64,000 nucleotides of DNA from a virus (taxonomy: Duplodnaviria; Heunggongvirae; Uroviricota; Caudoviricetes). The notes below the pieces were generated by a model. That model had not been told where the DNA came from and ran no database searches. It saw nothing but the letters and a program-made list of their open reading frames with translations. Location: IMG/VR virus record IMGVR_UViG_3300028048_000043; one strand, 5' to 3'. A program made the translations under genes and the position numbers. Shown here piece by piece: positions 47,032 through 55,834 of this stretch (position 1 is its first letter; each line of letters opens with the position of its first letter).

Positions 47032-47261
47032 GGCGTTTGTTCATCCCAGGCGAAATCATAATCATAATGAAATCTCTTGTTGATGGTGAACACATCACCG
47101 TTTGCACATTTATGTCTTTCAACAAGCATATAATCTTCCCTTGGTTCATACTCATATGCTTGAATATCTGGATTATAATCCTTTACTTTATACTTGGCAA
47201 GGCAGACCATACATCCACCTTCATTTGGAGTTTCTTTATTTAAAAAATCTATCAGTTTCAT
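47001..47261 (-). CDS. hypothetical protein
   Basis: 86-aa ORF. Confidence 0.35.
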   Translation of the reverse strand: MKLIDFLNKETPNEGGCMVCLAKYKVKDYNPDIQAYEYEPREDYMLVERHKCANGDVFTINKRFHYDYDFAWDEQTPWEILYKKES

Positions 47262-47300
47262 AACACTACAAAGATAATGGATTTTTTTGACAATTCCAAA

Positions 47301-47582
47301 TTATCCTGTATAAAAATCTGTGTAATAACTCCAAACTTCCTGGTTTGTTTTCTTGTCTATGATCCTGTGATCCAGAGTATATGAATTACTCTCATATGCA
47401 TACCTGTCATTCTCCCCGGTTCTCCACCAATGTGAATCATTGGGATATGGTTGATACGGTTTCTCAATGACTGCCAGAGAGTCACAAACCTTTATCATTT
47501 TTTCATAAGACAATCTTTTCATATTAAAATAACTTTTTACAATTCCAGTCACTAATCTTTTTGGATATAAGTTCCAAAACAA
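47301..47582 (-). CDS. hypothetical protein
   Basis: 93-aa ORF. Confidence 0.35.
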   Translation of the reverse strand: MFWNLYPKRLVTGIVKSYFNMKRLSYEKMIKVCDSLAVIEKPYQPYPNDSHWWRTGENDRYAYESNSYTLDHRIIDKKTNQEVWSYYTDFYTG

Positions 47583-47733
47583 TTATACCACACAAATAAA
47601 CCACTAATAAAATTGTAAATATTCCAATATGAACAATTATATCCTGTTGTATACTATATCTCGGAAGGATAAAATATATTGCAAGTCCATAGATGATAAT
47701 ACCTATAAAAAACAATATGTCTCTTCTAATCAT
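47524..47733 (-). CDS. small membrane protein immediately downstream of rSAM paralog 2
   Basis: 69 aa, 2 TM helices, overlaps rSAM stop. Confidence 0.4.
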   Translation of the reverse strand: MIRRDILFFIGIIIYGLAIYFILPRYSIQQDIIVHIGIFTILLVVYLCGIIVLELISKKISDWNCKKLF

Positions 47734-48565
47734 AATCTACTATAAATTCAGGTTTCTGTGATGATATAAAGTTATAACAGGATTGACAAGATGAGATGAA
47801 TACAGAATAGAATTTACTGTTTGTTTCTTTGAACTTCTGTCTGAATCCTCCTTCAAGATATTCATCAACATGTGCATAACACAGGACACCGAATGAACAC
47901 TTGAAAATATTTCCTTTTTCATCAATAAGGAAAGAATACTTATTTTTAGGATTCTGACAGTAACATCCCATCATATCATAAAGTCCACTGATGTACTTAC
48001 CATTTGCCCTACCAACAGGGACAATAGACTGATCGGTTGTCTGATCTTCTGTTGCCACTTTGACAATCGCCCCTATATCTTCAAGGAATGCCTTTGCAGC
48101 ATCCACATTCTTGTTTGTATGCCACTTGTCCTTTGATATACAGAAGTAAATCTGCTTATTGAACAGTGATACCAATGTCATCAGCTGGGTCTTTACTTTC
48201 ATATTGTTCACCCAGTCACCATTTGTCACCAGTCTGGCATATTTTACAGATGAGATGAGGGCACTATATATCTCAAACCAGTCGGGATTGCAGAAGAACT
48301 CTCCACCCATAAGGTTGATACTCTCTATGTCATTACTTTTCAAGAACTTTGCAATTTCTTTTGCTTTCTCCACAGTCATCATAATGTTTGACTTTGGAGA
48401 AGACATAAAGCAACAGTGACCGCACTCCTGGGTACATCTGTTGGTGATTCTGATAGTTGCATGAAGTTTTCTGTAACACTTATCTTTCAGTTGACAAGCA
48501 TCACAATGACAATTATGAGCGCCTTTGCAGGTTTCTTCTAAACATATATCACAAGGACTTGACAT
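47726..48565 (-). CDS. radical SAM enzyme with N-terminal Cys-rich extension and C-terminal twitch/SPASM-like motif (paralog 2)
   Basis: CTQECGHC, NLMGGEFF, GCYCQ...C-x-G-x4-C, about 50% identity to 37860-38708 across full length. Confidence 0.7.
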   Translation of the reverse strand: MSSPCDICLEETCKGAHNCHCDACQLKDKCYRKLHATIRITNRCTQECGHCCFMSSPKSNIMMTVEKAKEIAKFLKSNDIESINLMGGEFFCNPDWFEIYSALISSVKYARLVTNGDWVNNMKVKTQLMTLVSLFNKQIYFCISKDKWHTNKNVDAAKAFLEDIGAIVKVATEDQTTDQSIVPVGRANGKYISGLYDMMGCYCQNPKNKYSFLIDEKGNIFKCSFGVLCYAHVDEYLEGGFRQKFKETNSKFYSVFISSCQSCYNFISSQKPEFIVDYD

Positions 48566-48583
48566 TTCTTTTTACGTTTTACG

Positions 48584-48596
48584 ATACAAAGATAAG
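48584..48596 (-). promoter_or_regulatory. TAnnTTTG element (minus strand)
   Basis: rc CTTATCTTTGTATCG about 20 nt upstream of ATG 48565. Confidence 0.4.
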
Positions 48597-48621
48597 GTTT
48601 TTTCTTGAGATATCCAAATTT

Positions 48622-48843
48622 TTATAAGTCTTCCAACCAAAGTTTTTGATTTCCTTTGACAAACTCACATTTTTCGATTTCAACGTTCCTGTCTTCTGAA
48701 TAAAGACTAACAAGCATATCCATCACCTTGTCTCTTGAAAAATCAGCATCCATAATGATGTCTTTCTTTACATTACAATCTTCTGGACCATCATAATCAC
48801 TCCAACCATGATACAGTTCAATGCGCCAGATATTATATTTCAT
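48622..48843 (-). CDS. hypothetical protein
   Basis: 73-aa ORF. Confidence 0.35.
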   Translation of the reverse strand: MKYNIWRIELYHGWSDYDGPEDCNVKKDIIMDADFSRDKVMDMLVSLYSEDRNVEIEKCEFVKGNQKLWLEDL

Positions 48844-49093
48844 TCCTTTCCTCCTTTATTCTGCTCATTGTTTTTAATAATTGGTTGTAATAATTGGATT
48901 CCAGATTCAACTGTGCCTTATAACCATCCAATAAACCATATATGGATTCTGGTATGGAAACACTATCATCTTCAAGAATTTTGATAGCATCAGTTAGCAC
49001 TGATACTTTTCTTCGAAATTCTTCCTGAAGACACTTGCTTTCAGACAAACAGTCCTCAATTTCAACTAAATCTATAAATGAATTTTCTGACAT
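48833..49093 (-). CDS. hypothetical protein
   Basis: 86-aa ORF. Confidence 0.35.
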   Translation of the reverse strand: MSENSFIDLVEIEDCLSESKCLQEEFRRKVSVLTDAIKILEDDSVSIPESIYGLLDGYKAQLNLESNYYNQLLKTMSRIKEERNEI

Positions 49094-49229
49094 ATATTAA
49101 TCAATAAGGTCAACATCAATTATTTCCATATCATCCCTGTGGTTTGCATCAATTAGTGTATCAAATGGATAATCGCATTCGTAATCATCAGGGACATTGA
49201 TGACAACTTTCAATTCAATACATTTCATA

Positions 49230-49568
49230 TTATTTCAACATATTTCTCAATTCAATTTCATTCTCAAGTATAGATGATAGTTTATTGAGCTCTTCTTTTT
49301 TCTCATTGATACTTTTATCAAGATTTTCAATTATCCAAGTTATTTTCTTGTGCTTGTATGTATCTTCATTCTCATTGGGGTTTGCCCAGAAATATACACC
49401 ATGATAAGATTTATTACTATATACTTGTAATTCAAGAGTGCCATCATCATAAGAATATACTTCTGCGCGATCTAAATCATAATCATCGGCAGTGATGGTT
49501 TCTGTAGTTAAGTTATCCTTAACAAAGTTTTTTGTATATTCATACTGTTCAGAATGTCTTTGTTCCAA
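49230..49568 (-). CDS. hypothetical protein
   Basis: 112-aa ORF. Confidence 0.4.
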   Translation of the reverse strand: MEQRHSEQYEYTKNFVKDNLTTETITADDYDLDRAEVYSYDDGTLELQVYSNKSYHGVYFWANPNENEDTYKHKKITWIIENLDKSINEKKEELNKLSSILENEIELRNMLK

Positions 49569-49620
49569 GACATATTTCTGTTGTAAAGCTCAACAAAATT
49601 TTTGACTTCTTCTTTCATAT

Positions 49621-49878
49621 CTATTCATTGTTATTAATCAATCGAACTGTTACTTCAACCTCAATTGGACCATCATTAAACTTAAGTTCTGGAAGAAGAT
49701 TTTTTAAATCATATGAACCCAACTTTCCATAGCTATCATCATATCTACAAGTTAAATCTTCCATATGACAATATATTTTTTCTTTCTTTGGTTTTCTTGT
49801 ATATAAGAATGTTCTTGGATAGAATTCATCGTTTATATTGTCTCTTGCTACCCACCCTTTAAATGTTACACTATTCAT
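49621..49878 (-). CDS. hypothetical protein
   Basis: 85-aa ORF. Confidence 0.35.
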   Translation of the reverse strand: MNSVTFKGWVARDNINDEFYPRTFLYTRKPKKEKIYCHMEDLTCRYDDSYGKLGSYDLKNLLPELKFNDGPIEVEVTVRLINNNE

Positions 49879-49880
49879 AC

Positions 49881-50558
49881 CTATTCAAGTTTTTTACATT
49901 CTTCTTCAGTATACATAGAATGGAGTTTTTCAATCCACCACTTGGTCTTGATTTTAACAGAAGGTCTCCTCTGTCCCTTGAGTAAAGTTGATCTCTTGAA
50001 CACAACACCTTCCTTTACTTTTGAGTTCCAGCAATCGGGTTGAGTCCAGTCATTTCCCTGGATCTTTGAAATGATGTCTGCGTCAAGTACACCTGAATAA
50101 ATCAAATCAGGCATCTCAATCCCAGAATTCCTGAAACACATTTCATAGTTCTTTGGTTCAATATAACCTTTCTTCTTCAGGAATACATCAATGAGTGCAA
50201 GATGCATTTCATCTCCATCCTGGTGTTTACCGGCGAAAGAATTCCAACCATACCACTCAGATACAAATGTCACTTCATCAACACCAGTAAAGACATCTCC
50301 CTTTCCGGAATAGTCTTTTACAATCTTTGCAATTATTTCAGGATAATTGGAATTTTTGAACCACTTGACCACCTGTCCAAACTGTTCAGAATTCTCATCA
50401 ACAGTGACTGTCCTGGATCCAAATGGTCCCCAGGTTTTCTTTCTGCAATTATAGGATGCAACAAAATTCTGGCCATCAAGTTTATTATACCCGACAACCA
50501 TTTCACCTTTCAAAGAACCATCATCCTGGATTCTTGGTATGGAATCATAATGTTTCAT
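49881..50558 (-). CDS. minimal Rnl2-like RNA/DNA ligase nucleotidyltransferase domain
   Basis: motif I GYNKLDGQNF (KxDGxN, cf. T4 Rnl2 KIHGTNF), motif IV EGVVFK, motif V KIKTKWW. Confidence 0.55.
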   Translation of the reverse strand: MKHYDSIPRIQDDGSLKGEMVVGYNKLDGQNFVASYNCRKKTWGPFGSRTVTVDENSEQFGQVVKWFKNSNYPEIIAKIVKDYSGKGDVFTGVDEVTFVSEWYGWNSFAGKHQDGDEMHLALIDVFLKKKGYIEPKNYEMCFRNSGIEMPDLIYSGVLDADIISKIQGNDWTQPDCWNSKVKEGVVFKRSTLLKGQRRPSVKIKTKWWIEKLHSMYTEEECKKLE

Positions 50559-50569
50559 TGCTTTTAAAC

Positions 50570-51175
50570 TTAATCAATATATCCTTTGTCTTCATACCAT
50601 TCCTTGTGTAAATACTTCTCAAGAGTCCAGTCATTGTCATAATGCGGATTCTGAACCATCTTGTATGTACACTGGTCTTTACTGAATAATCTTTCAACAG
50701 GGTAACTGATTGATGTAACCAATTCTCCATCAATGAGATTGTGGAGAATCATCAGCATCTTTTCAGTTGTTTCTGTGAATTTTCCATATAAATCTTTAAA
50801 GACACCCTGGCTGTTCCAGTTTTCCCTGAGTTTCCACCAGATACCCCTGAAATCGTGCATTGCATAATTTATGAGGGCAATGTTTGGGTTGGCATAGATT
50901 TCTGCACCATCCTGATAATGGAAATATCCATCAGGTGAATCAGACGTCTTGTAGTGCAGCATCCTATCCTTCACATATCTGTAATACCTGTAAACCATGT
51001 TATAACCATGATCATCCAAGTCATATTCTTCAAGAGCATTATTAACTTCCTCAAACAATTTGGCATATTCATCCAGAAGATACAACTGTGGATTCTTCCT
51101 GAACTCATGATTCTTTATTTTATCATGCAGGACTTTACATTTATCCAGGTCTTCTTTTAAGATTTCTTTGTACAT
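50570..51175 (-). CDS. hypothetical protein
   Basis: 201-aa ORF. Confidence 0.45.
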   Translation of the reverse strand: MYKEILKEDLDKCKVLHDKIKNHEFRKNPQLYLLDEYAKLFEEVNNALEEYDLDDHGYNMVYRYYRYVKDRMLHYKTSDSPDGYFHYQDGAEIYANPNIALINYAMHDFRGIWWKLRENWNSQGVFKDLYGKFTETTEKMLMILHNLIDGELVTSISYPVERLFSKDQCTYKMVQNPHYDNDWTLEKYLHKEWYEDKGYID

Positions 51176-51186
51176 ATGAATTCAAT

Positions 51187-51840
51187 TTACATACACTCTA
51201 CATAGAGTTCATTTTCCTTGTTTTCATCATTGACCGATGCAAGGTCCATATACCCATCTGATGCACAGATCCATTCTCCACACTTACAACTAGCTGCCAA
51301 GTCATCCAGACCAAACCAGAACCCATTCCAATCAAGGGGAAGGTCTCTTTTATTCTTCTCAAGGAACTCTGAAATAAGTCCAAAAAGAAAATCCTGACAA
51401 CCAACAAATTCCTCCCGTTTGGGTTCATCTTCAAGGTTCTCAACCATTTGAGTATCAGGGATATAATACTTAACATTGAAAGATGGGATATACAAATCTT
51501 CAACCCCATCAACAACACGTTTTACATTGATGGAGAAAGACCAGAGATTTTCATAATCCACATTCTCCATGCACCAATCAACAAGTGCCTGACCAAGCAT
51601 TGAGAAGAGAATACACCATTCGCTGTTCTTCACATTGGTGTGATTTTTGAACAAGGACGAGTCATTCTTTTCATACTCTGAAAGGAATTTAACCGTTTCG
51701 ATGTAGTCTCCTTTCAAAGACAACTTGTCATATTCGAATCGTGTCGGTTTTCTCCACCACTCTTCATCTTGCATCGATAACCACTGTTCGTGGTGATCTT
51801 TTGCCAAATCATAATATTCTTTAAATGTTCTCATATTCAC
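51187..51840 (-). CDS. hypothetical protein
   Basis: 217-aa ORF. Confidence 0.45.
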   Translation of the reverse strand: MNMRTFKEYYDLAKDHHEQWLSMQDEEWWRKPTRFEYDKLSLKGDYIETVKFLSEYEKNDSSLFKNHTNVKNSEWCILFSMLGQALVDWCMENVDYENLWSFSINVKRVVDGVEDLYIPSFNVKYYIPDTQMVENLEDEPKREEFVGCQDFLFGLISEFLEKNKRDLPLDWNGFWFGLDDLAASCKCGEWICASDGYMDLASVNDENKENELYVECM

Positions 51841-52034
51841 TTAATTATACCAGCTTCCATAAAAAGTCTCAGCTCACCTACGCTGCTTCCGTCATTGAAG
51901 TAAAGCTTTATTATACCAAGAGCGTTATAATCAACCCCTGACATTCCACATTCATTGGCAATCTCTCTCAGACCGATTATGAATCGTTCGGCCTGAGAGA
52001 GTTTTACTGTTTTTGTTTTTGGAATATCCATCAC
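51837..52034 (-). CDS. hypothetical protein
   Basis: 65-aa ORF. Confidence 0.35.
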   Translation of the reverse strand: MMDIPKTKTVKLSQAERFIIGLREIANECGMSGVDYNALGIIKLYFNDGSSVGELRLFMEAGIIK

Positions 52035-52037
52035 TTA

Positions 52038-52487
52038 TTATTCGCTATATCTATATATTGATTCTTTTCCGGTATCGTCGCCAATCGGATTGTCGAAACC
52101 GTATTTCAGCGCCGTTGCCTTGAAAAGTGGAAGACCATACATAGCATAGTCGTCCCAGTTTTCCAGACCTTCTTCGAGGATCCAGTTCCACATCATAACG
52201 ACGTTGTACATGAGACTTGAACTGATTCCTCGTTTGTCGAGCGCCTTTTCAAAACCGAAATCTACGTCTTCTTTTAGTTGATTCAGGATATTCTCCCTGG
52301 TAAACGGAATAAGTGTGGAATTCCATTTCTCTTCGTTGTCCCATTCTTCGCTTGGACTGATTCCGAATCTGGAAAGCATATTATACGGGATAAACCGGCA
52401 AAGCCTGTTAAAATCCCTTCCGTCGATACATCTAGATTCGAATTCTTTCTTTTCCGCTAGTTCAGCGAGCTGTTCAAGTGTTTTCAT
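52038..52487 (-). CDS. hypothetical protein
   Basis: 149-aa ORF. Confidence 0.4.
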   Translation of the reverse strand: MKTLEQLAELAEKKEFESRCIDGRDFNRLCRFIPYNMLSRFGISPSEEWDNEEKWNSTLIPFTRENILNQLKEDVDFGFEKALDKRGISSSLMYNVVMMWNWILEEGLENWDDYAMYGLPLFKATALKYGFDNPIGDDTGKESIYRYSE

Positions 52488-52500
52488 TTTTGTTTTCTTT

Positions 52501-52764
52501 TTAAATGTTAATTATTGTTGAGTTGTGATTATAATCCATAAAATATTTCTTGTGCAGGAATACTCTCGTTATAATCGGTTCCCCGGAATACGCGTAATCC
52601 ATTTCAAACAGTTTCTCTCCGTTCTCTGTGTCGACAACGGCATATATGCCGGTTAGAGAACCATCATTAAGTTCAATGAGTTTATCAAGATCCTTTGTGA
52701 TATAAATCTTGTCGTCGTCCAATACATCACAAAAAATAAATTCCTTTGCTCTTTCCTTATCCAT
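52501..52764 (-). CDS. hypothetical protein
   Basis: 87-aa ORF. Confidence 0.35.
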   Translation of the reverse strand: MDKERAKEFIFCDVLDDDKIYITKDLDKLIELNDGSLTGIYAVVDTENGEKLFEMDYAYSGEPIITRVFLHKKYFMDYNHNSTIINI

Positions 52765-52766
52765 CG

Positions 52767-53189
52767 TTATCGTATTTGCACTGTTACGTCAATCGCGTCA
52801 CCTTCAGTCGGAGCGCCTTCAATTCTTGTCTTTTCTTTCATATCGAAAAACCAGTCACCGAAGTGCGTGTATAGGAACCCGTCGAGAAGTTTACCCTTTA
52901 CTGTTATTCCTTGGCTCAAAATCCACTTCACACCGGCTTTGAAATTCTCAACAGCGATCGCCTTTATCCAATCTGTACTGAGTGACTTCGCATTTTCCTC
53001 TGCCGCCGAGTCTATTTCTTTTTCATCGTTCTCTGTAAGTTTGAGGTTGTCCATGTTCTTTATGAATTCCTTCATTTCCAGGAGTTCGTGCTTTATCCGG
53101 AACTCGTTTCCGCTCTTGCATTCCTGTACCAGTCGGTCTATCTCGTCGAATATTATCTGTTTTTCTTTTTCGTTCATATATTTCAGCAA
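52767..53189 (-). CDS. hypothetical protein with shared C-terminal FKAG module
   Basis: FKAGVKWILSQG...GDAIDVTVQIR. Confidence 0.4.
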   Translation of the reverse strand: MLKYMNEKEKQIIFDEIDRLVQECKSGNEFRIKHELLEMKEFIKNMDNLKLTENDEKEIDSAAEENAKSLSTDWIKAIAVENFKAGVKWILSQGITVKGKLLDGFLYTHFGDWFFDMKEKTRIEGAPTEGDAIDVTVQIR

Positions 53190-53534
53190 TTATAACGTTT
53201 TCTTGTGAAGCGGTATAGCCATTTCGTTCTTTATCGAAATCGTCCTTATTTCAGAATACCTTCCGTTCCAAGCGACACCGATAAACGCACTCATTCCACA
53301 ATTCTCCTCTATTATCATGTCGGACACCTTGTTTATAAGTACCCTCTCGTTCGCATCTTTTGTCATTGGGTAAAGTTCAGGATACATATCACTGTAATTT
53401 TCTCCCTGATCCAAAGTAACCTTTCCTTCAGCAAACCATTCTGGAGATCCGAAGGAATTGAAATGGTACACATTGGCGTAATAATGCTCAGTGAAATTGC
53501 TCCATTTTGTTATGTTTATTACGAAATAGTGCAT
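53190..53534 (-). CDS. hypothetical protein
   Basis: 114-aa ORF. Confidence 0.4.
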   Translation of the reverse strand: MHYFVINITKWSNFTEHYYANVYHFNSFGSPEWFAEGKVTLDQGENYSDMYPELYPMTKDANERVLINKVSDMIIEENCGMSAFIGVAWNGRYSEIRTISIKNEMAIPLHKKTL

Positions 53535-53556
53535 TGTGTTACTCCTATTTTTTCCA

Positions 53557-53572
53557 ATTGCAAATGTACGGA
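53557..53572 (-). promoter_or_regulatory. TAnnTTTG element (minus strand)
   Basis: rc CCGTACATTTGCAATTGG about 27 nt upstream of ATG 53534. Confidence 0.45.
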
Positions 53573-53636
53573 ATTATTTCCAAACTTCCAAACACACAGA
53601 TAAATATTTTATAAATTTTACAGGTTTACCAAAGCG

Positions 53637-54668
53637 ATGCTGCTATATGACAACAACAATATCCGAGTAATTTACAATACAGACCGCACCTATACAATAG
53701 TGTACCATCCCGATCAGCGTGACAACCTTTCCCTTGTCGATTCGTTCGATTTCGTAAACGGAGTTCAGGTATTCATACTGTCGAACAAGGGAGGCATAAA
53801 AGACTTTTATGTCCTCGCCACGGAATCAGACAGACATCCTGACTGTCCGTCCGTACTTGTCGTAACGACAGACGAACTCGAACTTGACCAGCATTGTTCA
53901 TCATCTGCGGGAGCGTTTACCAGATTCAAGGTGTACATAGTAGACTGCAATGGAAAACTAATCGACGGCAACCCGTTCGATTCGACTGATCCTTTCCTCT
54001 CAGATTCATACATTATAGCCGAACAGAAGCACTCAAACGGAAAATGGACGCTCGTAGACGTCGCGAACGAAACAGCGATAAACAACGCCAAGGTCGTTTT
54101 CAAGGACTATGACGCCAACTGCTTCAATCAGTCCCCGAAATACTACATAAAGAACCCGTCCACCGGAAAATGCAACATACTTACTTATAACGACTACATC
54201 GGAGACATGATCCTCATATTCGACGAATGGGTTGACGGCATATACACGACAGATGTTCCGCTATTCGATCTTGACAAGAAATATAACAAGATGGAATACA
54301 TATCGACTGAAATCGTGCCAGGCACAAACGACTCGGTGTTCACCATACTTTACGGAGGAGACTTCAACCAAACCGGCTGCACGGGTTCCAAGGCACTCGG
54401 GCATCCTGTACTTTTCTTTATTTCTTTCGAGCTTTCCATACTCGTCTCCGAAATCAAATTCGACAACAAGGAAACTTATTACTCCCTGTATAAGTTTCAT
54501 TACTACGACGACTATGACAAGGTGTTCAGACCGGTGGCTTCGTTCGTTACTGATTTGTTCATAGAGGACGAAGCGATTCACATCGTAAAATCAGGAAAGG
54601 AATACGCGCTTGACTTCGACAGGATAAAGTCTGGATATTCTAATTTCAGGAAAGTGGAAAACGAATAA
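53637..54668 (+). CDS. member of (D/R)EWV(D/E) paralog family (GC-richer copy)
   Basis: 343 aa; FDEWVDGIYTTDVP; about 45% GC vs about 33% for paralogs at 19-27 kb. Confidence 0.5.
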   Translation: MLLYDNNNIRVIYNTDRTYTIVYHPDQRDNLSLVDSFDFVNGVQVFILSNKGGIKDFYVLATESDRHPDCPSVLVVTTDELELDQHCSSSAGAFTRFKVYIVDCNGKLIDGNPFDSTDPFLSDSYIIAEQKHSNGKWTLVDVANETAINNAKVVFKDYDANCFNQSPKYYIKNPSTGKCNILTYNDYIGDMILIFDEWVDGIYTTDVPLFDLDKKYNKMEYISTEIVPGTNDSVFTILYGGDFNQTGCTGSKALGHPVLFFISFELSILVSEIKFDNKETYYSLYKFHYYDDYDKVFRPVASFVTDLFIEDEAIHIVKSGKEYALDFDRIKSGYSNFRKVENE

Positions 54669-54673
54669 TAATA

Positions 54674-54729
54674 TATGAAATTTCATACGTTATCAAGGTT
54701 TTACAACCAAAACATATGAAATTTCATAT
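54674..54729. repeat. two copies of palindrome TATGAAATTTCATA (14 and 16 bp) 26 bp apart between convergent genes
   Basis: 54674-54687 and 54714-54729 perfect palindromes. Confidence 0.5.
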
Positions 54730-54743
54730 AATTTAAATTATTC

Positions 54744-55052
54744 TTATCTTGGATCTTTTAACCAGTCTTCGTAATTGCGTATCGCGAACGTTATGCTAGA
54801 TATTGTTTCTTCCGCTCCGTATTTGACCATTGCATCAAGAAGACTCATTTTGTTCCATTCAACATCATACAGGTATACTGTATTTTCTTTTACTTCTAGA
54901 TATTGAATCACAAAATCGTCTTCATAAGACAGCGGGCAACCATACACGATATCTAATGATCCTCCGAATTTTTGGTGTTTCATTATCAACCGTTTTATTC
55001 TCTCGATTTCAGATGAATACCTTTTAAGGATTTCTTGTTTGTTTGTTTTCAT
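54744..55052 (-). CDS. hypothetical protein
   Basis: 102-aa ORF. Confidence 0.4.
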   Translation of the reverse strand: MKTNKQEILKRYSSEIERIKRLIMKHQKFGGSLDIVYGCPLSYEDDFVIQYLEVKENTVYLYDVEWNKMSLLDAMVKYGAEETISSITFAIRNYEDWLKDPR

Positions 55053-55067
55053 AATATAATCATTGTT

Positions 55068-55415
55068 TCACTTGTTTCTAATATCCTTATAGTAATCGCG
55101 AAGCCTGTACCTCGCCCACCTTATGCCATTTGCGCTTACTACATATGTGGCTTCTATGAAGTTCATCTCCGTCCGCCTCTCATATACCATGGCGACAAGA
55201 CAGTCCATCACGAGCAACTGGTGCACCTTATCATCCGTTAGGTGATCCCCGCACCCCGAACAACAGTCGTAACATACAGCCCTGCTCCTTATCTCGGAAA
55301 AACACCCGAACTCAGAAAAACCGCAGTCCTCTATCACACCGGCGAAGAAATCCATGAACTCGAAGTCCTCAAGCTGCATCCTCTTCTGGATTATCGTGTC
55401 TTGTTCCGCCTTCAT
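55068..55415 (-). CDS. Cys-rich hypothetical protein
   Basis: CYDCCSGCGDH; GC-rich (about 48%). Confidence 0.4.
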   Translation of the reverse strand: MKAEQDTIIQKRMQLEDFEFMDFFAGVIEDCGFSEFGCFSEIRSRAVCYDCCSGCGDHLTDDKVHQLLVMDCLVAMVYERRTEMNFIEATYVVSANGIRWARYRLRDYYKDIRNK

Positions 55416-55420
55416 ATCCT

Positions 55421-55831
55421 TTACAGTTTCTTAAGACAACAAACCAGACCGTATTCCATCGCATTCTCGAATCTCGGAAAAATCTCTTTCTCTATGGTCT
55501 TACCGTTATAAACGGCACCGTCGTCTTCGAGAGCCTGGATCCATTCGCTTCCGTTGTTTTTATAGAACGAAAGATAAAACCCAGTGCTGTTCGGATCGGG
55601 TCTGACATCTATGTATATCCCGAAGATTTCCGTCAGCCATGTCAACGCCCCCTGCTGCGTAGGAGCGTGAAGCATCTTCCCGTCATCGAACTTATCCCAA
55701 TGAAAAAACCTCTCGAAACACCATTCGCCGTCAGATTCATAATAATAGTATATGTAATCCGTATCGGAATCAAACCCTTTCTCTTTTAAGAGTTTGGCCG
55801 TTTTAAAACTAACGTGATTTTCGGTAATCAT
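55421..55831 (-). CDS. MITEDYVSF-family paralog A
   Basis: MITENHVSFKTAKLLKEKGFD ... EYGLVCCLKKL; GC-richer than other copies. Confidence 0.55.
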   Translation of the reverse strand: MITENHVSFKTAKLLKEKGFDSDTDYIYYYYESDGEWCFERFFHWDKFDDGKMLHAPTQQGALTWLTEIFGIYIDVRPDPNSTGFYLSFYKNNGSEWIQALEDDGAVYNGKTIEKEIFPRFENAMEYGLVCCLKKL

Positions 55832-55834
55832 ATT

